In this document: positions 57,263 to 64,000 of the stretch, piece after piece
How positions within the stretch are numbered: the first letter of the stretch is position 1
Layout of the letters: each line of letters starts with the position of its first letter
Assembly (NCBI GenBank): GCA_025963775.1
Contig: JAOQAD010000037.1
Location: 1,638-65,637, forward strand
Direction: 5' to 3'
From: Bacteroidota bacterium
Lineage (GTDB): Bacteria > Bacteroidota > Bacteroidia > 2-12-FULL-35-15
DNA: 64,000 bases
Notes under the pieces: generated by a model
Seen by the model: the letters and a program-made list of their open reading frames with translations, nothing else
Database searches by the model: none
Told to the model about the DNA's origin: nothing
Program-made: the position numbers and the translations under genes

Positions 57263-59797
57263 TTATAGTTTCTCTGTATTATTCAAAAACTGTTCCAAAG
57301 ATAACATATCTTTTATTAATACTTCCCTGGCTTTGGAACCCTCGAATGGCCCGATGATCCCGGCAGATTCGAGCTGGTCGACAATGCGGCCGGCACGGTT
57401 ATAGCCTAATTTCAGCCTCCGCTGCAATAAAGATGCTGAGCCCTGCTGTGTGGAAACTACAATTTCAGCTGCCTGGTTGAACAGCTGGTCCCTTTCGGAA
57501 GGATCATCCATTTTTCCGCTGCCTTCGCCATTCTCATCCACGTATTCAGGAAGCAGGAATGCGGTAGGATAGCTCCGCTGGCTGCCGATGAAATCACAGA
57601 TCTTGTCCACTTCCGGCGTATCCACAAATGCACACTGGATGCGGATGAGGTCATTTCCTGTTGATAAAAGCATATCCCCTCTCCCGATCAGCTGGTCGGC
57701 GCCACCGGCATCGAGGATGGTGCGCGAATCTATTTTAGATGTTACACGGAATGCGATCCGCGCAGGAAAGTTCGCTTTAATGGTTCCTGTAATGATGTTC
57801 ACGGAAGGCCGCTGGGTGGCGATGATCAGGTGAATGCCGATGGCACGGGCAAGCTGTGCAAGGCGGGCAATAGGCGTTTCCACTTCTTTCCCCGCCGTCA
57901 TGATCAGGTCGGCGAACTCATCCACCACCAGCACAATGTAGGGCAGGAACTTGTGCCCGTTATTCGGGTTTAATTTACGCGCAATGAACTTGGCATTGTA
58001 TTCTTTTAAATTCCGCACCTGCGCTTCCTTCAGCAGGTCGTAACGCTGGTCCATTTCAATGCAAAGCGAGTTGAGCGTATGCACCACTTTTTTTGTATCG
58101 GTGATGATCGCTTCTGCCGAATCGGGCAGCTTGGCAAGGAAATGCCGCTCGATCTTGTTGAACAGCGTGAGCTCCACTTTTTTTGGATCCACGAGCACGA
58201 ACTTGATCTGCGAAGGATGTTTCTTATACAACAGCGAAACGAGGATGGCATTCAGCCCGACCGATTTCCCCTGCCCTGTAGCACCGGCCATCAGAAGATG
58301 GGGCATTTTGGCAAGGTCGGCGATAAAGGTTTCATTGCTGATGGTCTTTCCTAACGCAATCGGCAGGTCCATCGAAGTGTTCTGGAATTTCTCTGAAGCA
58401 AGAATGGTACGCATAGGAACCATTTCGGCATTCTGGTTCGGAACTTCGATCCCGATGGTTCCCTTGCCCGGGATCGGCGCAATGATACGGATCCCCAATG
58501 CTGACAAGCTCAGCGCGATGTCATCTTCCAGGTTTTTGATCTTCGAGATCCTCACACCTGCTGCAGGGATAATTTCATACAGGGTAACGGTCGGGCCTAC
58601 GGTAGCTTTGATCTTCTCGATCTCAATGCCGTAATCGCCCAGCGTTTTCAGGATCCTGTCCTTGTTCGCATTCAGCTCTTCGGTATTTATCACGATGTCT
58701 TTCGAGCCGCCGTAATTCTCCAGCAGGTCGAGCGGCGGAAACTGGTAATTGCCAAGGTCGAGCGTAGGATCATACTCTCCCACCTGCGCCACGAGCGCTT
58801 CGGAGATCTGCTCCGGGCTCAGCTCCTGCTCTTTCTGCTCCGGTTTTTCCACGGTGAACTGAACACCGCCTGTGTCTGCTGAAAGTACGATCGGCTCCGG
58901 CTCAACAGGCTTTTCCACTTCTTCAATGATCTCGTGCCTTACATCGTTGGTGATCTCCATCTCTTCCTTCACTTTCAATACAGGTGGCAATACTTCTTCT
59001 TCCTCCTCTTCCTCCGTTAAAAAAGGCTCTTCTTCGATCTCCTCTTTGAATGAATTCACCGGCAGTTCTTTTTCTTCCGGCTCCGGTTCTGGGCCTTTGT
59101 CATCGTTCAGCGGATCTTTTTTTCCAAGGTCGAAGGAGATATTGAATGCAGCAACGAGGAAAACAATGAATGCAAAGAACAGCAATACTCCTGTGCCGAT
59201 GTAACCGAGCAGGCCATTCAGCCTGACGCTCATGGTATAACCGAAAGCGCCGCCGAGGAAGAAAAAGGAATTGCTGAAAATATAGCCCAGCAGAACGGAG
59301 CTGAACACAAGAAAGAAAAAGGAATAAGCGTATACCTTCCGGATATTGAAGAAGGCAACGTTGAAGGTGATCCTTAACCCCGTCGCGAAAGCAACAAAAG
59401 CAAAGATATAGGACGCCACGCCAAACCATTTGTGCACGAATATATGTGAGAGCAGGGCGCCAAATTTTCCCAGCCAGTTCTGAACAGTTGTTTCGGGCGC
59501 GAAGAGATTGCCCATTACCTTATCCTGGTCTACCTGCCAGGTAAATGCAAAGGAAGTAAATGCAATGGCAAGGTAAACGGAGAGCAGCAGCAATGAAAGC
59601 CCGAAGATCTTCTGGAAACGCTCATTGCGGGTAAATGCAAAAAGGGAATCCACTTTTTCTGAAAGGGAAGTTCCCGGCGCGCTTTCCACGCTCTTTTCTT
59701 TTTTCGGCTTGCTTTCCTTCTCTTTGGATGAAGATTTACCTTCGGCCTTTTCTTCCCTGATCGTATTCTTTAACGTATTTTTTTTCGGCTCGGCCAT
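57263..59797 (-). CDS. ftsK: DNA translocase FtsK
   Basis: N-terminal TM segments, an acidic linker, Walker A GATGQGKSV, IVLVVDEFADL, and the gamma winged-helix SASLLQRRLKLGYNRAGRIVDQLE. Confidence 0.95.
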   Translation of the reverse strand: MAEPKKNTLKNTIREEKAEGKSSSKEKESKPKKEKSVESAPGTSLSEKVDSLFAFTRNERFQKIFGLSLLLLSVYLAIAFTSFAFTWQVDQDKVMGNLFAPETTVQNWLGKFGALLSHIFVHKWFGVASYIFAFVAFATGLRITFNVAFFNIRKVYAYSFFFLVFSSVLLGYIFSNSFFFLGGAFGYTMSVRLNGLLGYIGTGVLLFFAFIVFLVAAFNISFDLGKKDPLNDDKGPEPEPEEKELPVNSFKEEIEEEPFLTEEEEEEEVLPPVLKVKEEMEITNDVRHEIIEEVEKPVEPEPIVLSADTGGVQFTVEKPEQKEQELSPEQISEALVAQVGEYDPTLDLGNYQFPPLDLLENYGGSKDIVINTEELNANKDRILKTLGDYGIEIEKIKATVGPTVTLYEIIPAAGVRISKIKNLEDDIALSLSALGIRIIAPIPGKGTIGIEVPNQNAEMVPMRTILASEKFQNTSMDLPIALGKTISNETFIADLAKMPHLLMAGATGQGKSVGLNAILVSLLYKKHPSQIKFVLVDPKKVELTLFNKIERHFLAKLPDSAEAIITDTKKVVHTLNSLCIEMDQRYDLLKEAQVRNLKEYNAKFIARKLNPNNGHKFLPYIVLVVDEFADLIMTAGKEVETPIARLAQLARAIGIHLIIATQRPSVNIITGTIKANFPARIAFRVTSKIDSRTILDAGGADQLIGRGDMLLSTGNDLIRIQCAFVDTPEVDKICDFIGSQRSYPTAFLLPEYVDENGEGSGKMDDPSERDQLFNQAAEIVVSTQQGSASLLQRRLKLGYNRAGRIVDQLESAGIIGPFEGSKAREVLIKDMLSLEQFLNNTEKL

Positions 59798-59859
59798 TGA
59801 AACGGAAATTGAGATGATGGATCTAACAGCAAGGCTACTGCCTGCATTTTTTCCAACAT

Positions 59860-59867
59860 CAAAATTA
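59860..59867 (-). promoter_or_regulatory. -7 box TAATTTTG for ftsK
   Basis: Plus-strand caaaatta, 62 nt upstream of the ATG at 59797. Confidence 0.35.
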
Positions 59868-59928
59868 CCAATTGAGGATGCGGTTGAGAGGGAATGTTCA
59901 AAATCTTATAAACGTGGCACTGTGGAAA

Positions 59929-59959
59929 ACAAAAAAGCCTCCCGGATCGCGGAAGGCTT
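59929..59959 (-). terminator. Terminator of the tandem-paralogue operon
   Basis: On the minus strand, the hairpin aagccttccgcgatccgggaggctt (one mismatch) is followed by ttttgtttt. Confidence 0.55.
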
Positions 59960-59981
59960 TCGTGGCAGGAGCTTTTAAGGC

Positions 59982-60671
59982 TTATTGTCCTCCGCCCATC
60001 TGCAACATTTCTTTCTGGAACTCTTCCATGGTGGTTTCCTTGTATCCTTCTTTCGGGATCTCAAATTTACTGTCGGCAACCGGCTCCCTGGCAACCGATT
60101 TTGTGGTGAACGACATTTTGATGCCTCCCTGGTTGATGGTGTATTCCATCGGGAAGCCTTTCAGGCCTTTGTATGCCGATTTCATCTCCGAGGCCGGGAT
60201 CTCTTCGGTGTAATAAATATTCACGACCTCTTCCTTGCCTTCTTTTGTTTTCATGGTCACTTCTGCTTTTTTGCATTTGTAGCCTGCGATCATCTTCGTT
60301 TCATCGAGGTATTTGATGGTGGTTTCCGGTGCCGCCGCCTCTTCTTTCTTCACATCCGCCTCGTTCATGCGGATCAGGTATTTCTGTCCCATGATGTCCA
60401 TCAGCGTAAAGATCTGCTTTGATTTGGTATCCATGATGGCAGTGGTGCTCTGGATCGCCATGTTCAGATCGGTGCGGCGCTTGTCGCCTTTAATGTAGGT
60501 AACCGATTCAGCCCCGCTGAGCATGGCCATTGCTTCCTGTGGCAGGCCTGAGCCTTCGAAGGAAATGGAATAGGTGATGATGCCTTCAAAAGGCGTGTTC
60601 TTCTGCGCTGAAACATTAAGAATGGCCAGTACCGCGCATACTGCCGCTGTAACTATCTTTTTCATGTACAT
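59982..60671 (-). CDS. Secreted hypothetical protein, paralogue of 60683..61360
   Basis: Signal peptide (KKIVTAAVCAVLAILNVSAQ). It shares IAGYKCKKA, YYTEEI and FTTKSV positions with its neighbour and with the GLPGLI protein. Confidence 0.7.
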   Translation of the reverse strand: MYMKKIVTAAVCAVLAILNVSAQKNTPFEGIITYSISFEGSGLPQEAMAMLSGAESVTYIKGDKRRTDLNMAIQSTTAIMDTKSKQIFTLMDIMGQKYLIRMNEADVKKEEAAAPETTIKYLDETKMIAGYKCKKAEVTMKTKEGKEEVVNIYYTEEIPASEMKSAYKGLKGFPMEYTINQGGIKMSFTTKSVAREPVADSKFEIPKEGYKETTMEEFQKEMLQMGGGQ

Positions 60672-60682
60672 AAAATGTTGGG

Positions 60683-61360
60683 TTATTGTAATCCTAAAAA
60701 TAATTCATCCATTGCTGCCTTGGTGATCGGCTTATAGTCTGTCGGAAGCTCGAAGGTGGCATCATCGATATCCTCATTTTTTACGGTTTTCGCTGTGAAT
60801 TTCATCTCCAGCCCGAATTTCTTCATCTGGTATTCCATCAGCACACCGTCTACTTTATAGAATGGATTTGCAAAATTAGGGTCTTTGATGTTCAGCTCTT
60901 TGGTGTAGTAAATATCAAATTCGCTGGCGTATTCGTCATTCACTTTTACATGTGCTTTCTGGCAGTTATAGCCGGCGATCACTTTTGTGCCTTTTACAGG
61001 AGTGATCTCCACCGGGTAGGCACCGTTTTCCTTTTGGATCTCGGCATCGCCCTGTACGAGTGAGAATTTCTTGTTCAGGAGCTTCACCAGCTGGGTCATT
61101 GACTTGGTTTCGGGATCGGAAATGAATGCCGTGCTGAACAATCCCATTCCGGCGCTCATTTCAGCGGAGGATTTATTGTTCTTGAACTTGATGGTCATTT
61201 TATTCGGGGCAAGGCTTGCCATGGGATTGCTTTGGTCAACAACGGCAGCATCGTATTCGATGGCCCCTTCAGAGATGAACTTCTCATCGGAGTTACTGCA
61301 ACCTGTGACAAATAAGATATATAAACAGCTGGCAAAAGCTATGAGTAGTGGCTTTTTCAT
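60683..61360 (-). CDS. Hypothetical lipoprotein, paralogue of 59982..60671
   Basis: Lipobox FVTGCSN plus the motifs IAGYNCQKA, YYTKEL and FTAKTV. There is an 11-nt gap to the downstream paralogue. Confidence 0.7.
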   Translation of the reverse strand: MKKPLLIAFASCLYILFVTGCSNSDEKFISEGAIEYDAAVVDQSNPMASLAPNKMTIKFKNNKSSAEMSAGMGLFSTAFISDPETKSMTQLVKLLNKKFSLVQGDAEIQKENGAYPVEITPVKGTKVIAGYNCQKAHVKVNDEYASEFDIYYTKELNIKDPNFANPFYKVDGVLMEYQMKKFGLEMKFTAKTVKNEDIDDATFELPTDYKPITKAAMDELFLGLQ

Positions 61361-61528
61361 ATCAGTCCGTGCAAATCAACCGTTTCCTGTGTTAAACAAT
61401 TGAACACCTATATTTTTACGATTAAGGTGCGAAAGATAGCGATTAAATGATACAAGTCAAAATTTTAAGCATCCTGTTCAAAACTTAAGCGCAAACCCTT
61501 GTGAAACTGGCCTCCGGCCTCCCGACTG

Positions 61529-62926
61529 TTAATAACCCAGCGTTTTCAGCATGGATTTATAGCTCTGCTCCTTTGCAAACAGCCTTGTGCTGATCTCCCC
61601 GTCATCATCCCTGTCGATGATCACATGCTTGGGCGCAGGGATCAGGCAATGCTGGATACCGCCGTAACCACCCAGCGATTCCTGGTAAGCGCCTGTATGG
61701 AAGAAACCAAGGTATTGAGGGATCTTCTGCTTTTCATTCACAATAGGCATGTACACCTGGTTCAGGTGCGATTCGGCATTGTAATAATCCTCGCTGTCGC
61801 AGGTCAATCCTCCTAAATTCACCCGCTGGTATTCCTTTTCCCAGTTATTGATGGCCAGCAGGATGAATTTCTGCTTGATCCCCCAGGTATCGGGCAGCGT
61901 GGTGATGAAAGAGCTGTCGATCATGTACCAGAGCTCATTGTCGTTCTGCTTTTTCACATCCACGATGGAATACAGCGCAGCGCCGCTCTCTCCTACCGTG
62001 TAGCTTCCGAATTCGGTGAAAATGTTAGGCTCCTGCACATCCCGCTCTTCGCAGATGTTTTTGATCTTCTGGATGATCTCATCCGCCATGTAAGCGTAAT
62101 CATAGCTGAAGCCGAGAGAAGTGCGGATCGGGAAACCGCCGCCGATGTCGAGTGAATCCAGCGTAGGACAAACCTTTTTCAAGTCGCAATAAACATTGAT
62201 GCACTTGGAGAGCTCCGACCAGTAGTAAGTGGTGTCCTTTATCCCGGTGTTAATGAAAAAATGCAGCATTTTCAGCTCACATTTGGTGCTGCCTTTTATG
62301 CTGGTATTGTAATAATCGATGATGTCCGCTTCACGGATGCCGAGGCGGGAGGTATAAAACTCGAACTTGGGCTCTTCATCCGTTGCCACCCGGATCCCGA
62401 TCTTGAACTTCTTTTTACAGAGCTTTTCCAGTGCCGGAAGCTCCTTTTTATTGTCAAGGATCGGAATGGAATTCACAAAACCGTCGTTGATAAGCTCGGA
62501 AATGTATTTGAGATAGGTCGGCCTTTTGTATCCGTTATTGATGATGAAAGTATCCTTGGTGATCCTGCCTGAGTTATACAGGGAGCGGATCACCGGAACA
62601 TCAAATGCAGAGGAAGTTTCGAGGTGGATGTCGTTTTTAAGCGCCTCTTCCAGCACAAAAGAGAAATGAGAGCTTTTTGTACAGTAACAATATGTATATT
62701 TGCCTTTATAATCAGCCCTGGCCATTGCCACATTGAACAGCTTTTTGGCTTTTTGGATCTGGGCGCTGATCTTAGGCAAATAACTGATTTTAAGAGGCGT
62801 ACCGTATTTTTTGATGATGTCCATCAGCGGAATATCATGAAAATACAGTTCATCATCTGTAACATTAAAGCCATCCTGTGGGAAATCAAAGGTTTGTTCG
62901 ATCAGGTCGCGGTATTTATTATCCAT
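61529..62926 (-). CDS. speA: Arginine decarboxylase (fold-type III PLP enzyme, Bacteroidota 465-aa type)
   Basis: Orn/DAP/Arg decarboxylase features: YCTKSSHF (PLP Lys context), LDIGGGFPIR, GGLTCDSEDYY. The N-terminus resembles annotated Bacteroidota arginine decarboxylases. Confidence 0.8.
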   Translation of the reverse strand: MDNKYRDLIEQTFDFPQDGFNVTDDELYFHDIPLMDIIKKYGTPLKISYLPKISAQIQKAKKLFNVAMARADYKGKYTYCYCTKSSHFSFVLEEALKNDIHLETSSAFDVPVIRSLYNSGRITKDTFIINNGYKRPTYLKYISELINDGFVNSIPILDNKKELPALEKLCKKKFKIGIRVATDEEPKFEFYTSRLGIREADIIDYYNTSIKGSTKCELKMLHFFINTGIKDTTYYWSELSKCINVYCDLKKVCPTLDSLDIGGGFPIRTSLGFSYDYAYMADEIIQKIKNICEERDVQEPNIFTEFGSYTVGESGAALYSIVDVKKQNDNELWYMIDSSFITTLPDTWGIKQKFILLAINNWEKEYQRVNLGGLTCDSEDYYNAESHLNQVYMPIVNEKQKIPQYLGFFHTGAYQESLGGYGGIQHCLIPAPKHVIIDRDDDGEISTRLFAKEQSYKSMLKTLGY

Positions 62927-62962
62927 TTTATCGTCTTAAATTAGTTAGTAAAATTGAGCCTC

Positions 62963-62970
62963 ACAAATGT
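62963..62970 (-). promoter_or_regulatory. -7 box TACATTTG for speA
   Basis: Plus-strand caaatgta, 36 nt upstream of the ATG at 62926. Confidence 0.35.
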
Positions 62971-63075
62971 AAGTAACTTACTTTGATATTTTTTATTCAA
63001 TGTAAGTAATTCGGATAGAAATTAATATGCCAGCGGTTTTAACAAAAACTACCGCTTTAACTACAAGCAATTATT

Positions 63076-64000
63076 ATGAAAACCTTAAAATTCATTGAAG
63101 TAAAATCGGAAATTGGCGCAGGAACACGCGGTGCCAGCATGGGAATTGATGCCATCAAGATCGCTGCGCTGGATTATGGAAGCAATATGTTCAAGCAGAT
63201 CGAATCGATCGAGATCAAGACAGAGAACCAGCTTTTGTTTGAGCCCTCCAAGCCGCCTTATGCCAAACGCATTGAAGGGATCCTTGCCATTTACGACCGG
63301 GTTGCCACACAGGTATCCCAAACACTGAAAAAGAATAATTTCCCGATCATACTCGCCGGCGACCACAGCACTGCTGGCGGAACCATTGCCGGGATCAAAA
63401 TGGCCTATCCGAAACAACGCCTCGGCGTGATCTGGATCGATGCGCATGCCGATATTCACAGTCCTTACACTTCGCCTTCCGGCAACATGCACGGAATGCC
63501 GCTTGCTGCTTCCTTAAGCGAGGATAACATGGCGAGCAAGATGAACAAGCCGGACAAAGAGACGGTAGATATGTGGAACCGCCTGAAGAAGATCGGTGGA
63601 ATTGCTCCAAAGATCACCTATAAAGACCTGGTTTACATTGGCGTACGCGATGTGGAGCCGGAAGAAAGCTACCTGCTGAAAAAACACAAGATCAAAACCT
63701 TTACAACGGCGGAAGTGAAGCGTAACGGGGTGGAGAAAATCGCGAGGGATACGCTGGCGCATTTATCCGGCTGTAATCTTATTTATGTTTCCTTTGATGT
63801 GGACAGCATGGATTCCTCCATTTCCAAAGGAACCGGAACGCCTGTACGGAACGGGATCACGGAAAAGGAAGCCGGCAGCTTGTGTGTCCGGCTGATCCAG
63901 AATGAAAAGGTGTGCTGCTTCGAGATCTGCGAAGTAAATCCAACCCTTGACAAAGAGAACCTGATGGCGGAGAACACTTTTGAGATCCTGCAGAAGGTTG
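63076..64000 (+). CDS. Arginase-family (ureohydrolase) protein, partial at the right edge
   Basis: Hand translation from ATG 63076 gives MKTLKFIEVKSEIGAGTRGASMGIDAIK...LAGDHSTAGG...IWIDAHADIH...SFDVDSMD, which carries the Mn-binding motifs of the arginase/agmatinase family. The frame is open to the window end. Confidence 0.85.
   Translation, partial: MKTLKFIEVKSEIGAGTRGASMGIDAIKIAALDYGSNMFKQIESIEIKTENQLLFEPSKPPYAKRIEGILAIYDRVATQVSQTLKKNNFPIILAGDHSTAGGTIAGIKMAYPKQRLGVIWIDAHADIHSPYTSPSGNMHGMPLAASLSEDNMASKMNKPDKETVDMWNRLKKIGGIAPKITYKDLVYIGVRDVEPEESYLLKKHKIKTFTTAEVKRNGVEKIARDTLAHLSGCNLIYVSFDVDSMDSSISKGTGTPVRNGITEKEAGSLCVRLIQNEKVCCFEICEVNPTLDKENLMAENTFEILQKV

Noticed and set aside
1-64000. A search of the whole window for mobile elements, prophage genes, restriction-modification, toxin-antitoxin, retron/DGR reverse transcriptase or other known defence genes.
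   Set aside because: No ORF showed transposase (DDE), integrase (R..HxxR..Y), reverse transcriptase (YxDD), nuclease/helicase defence-type or methyltransferase-RM motifs that I could recognise by eye. The only methyltransferase (52861-53670) sits in a glycan context.

Overview
This 64-kb chromosomal segment reads as Bacteroidota. It carries type A and type B T9SS C-terminal sorting domains, a GLPGLI-family gene, and TAnnTTTG -7 promoter boxes just upstream of many start codons. I call 43 protein-coding genes and one tRNA-His; two genes run off the window edges and one 46-codon gene is missing from the ORF track. Most of the content is core housekeeping: guaA, hemF, recA, bcp, nth, a fused 2-oxoacid dehydrogenase E1, SUI1, a Cu-type P-type ATPase, ftsK-lolA, and arginine decarboxylase next to an arginase-family gene. 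Interleaved are envelope and surface genes: two giant repeat adhesins (1537 and 1611 aa) with type B sorting domains, two type A T9SS cargo proteins, TPR proteins, a LysM-PBP fusion, an LtaS-like transferase plus lipid kinase pair, a small glycan locus, and three PP2C/SpoIIE sensor-phosphatase paralogues (one truncated). I saw no cas genes, CRISPR array, transposase, integrase, phage genes or recognisable defence genes. Three things look most unusual. (1) A YfiR-like / TPR / HAMP-PP2C operon resembles the YfiBNR signalling module but has a phosphatase output. (2) A family of GTCAT-hairpin intergenic repeats (11 copies) shows compensatory stem changes, and some copies are organised into ~105-nt two-hairpin composite elements. 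(3) A ~96% identical inverted duplicate of such an element block flanks a 14-kb segment. All functional calls come from by-eye motif recognition. No database search or computation was run, and identities and spacings were counted by hand.
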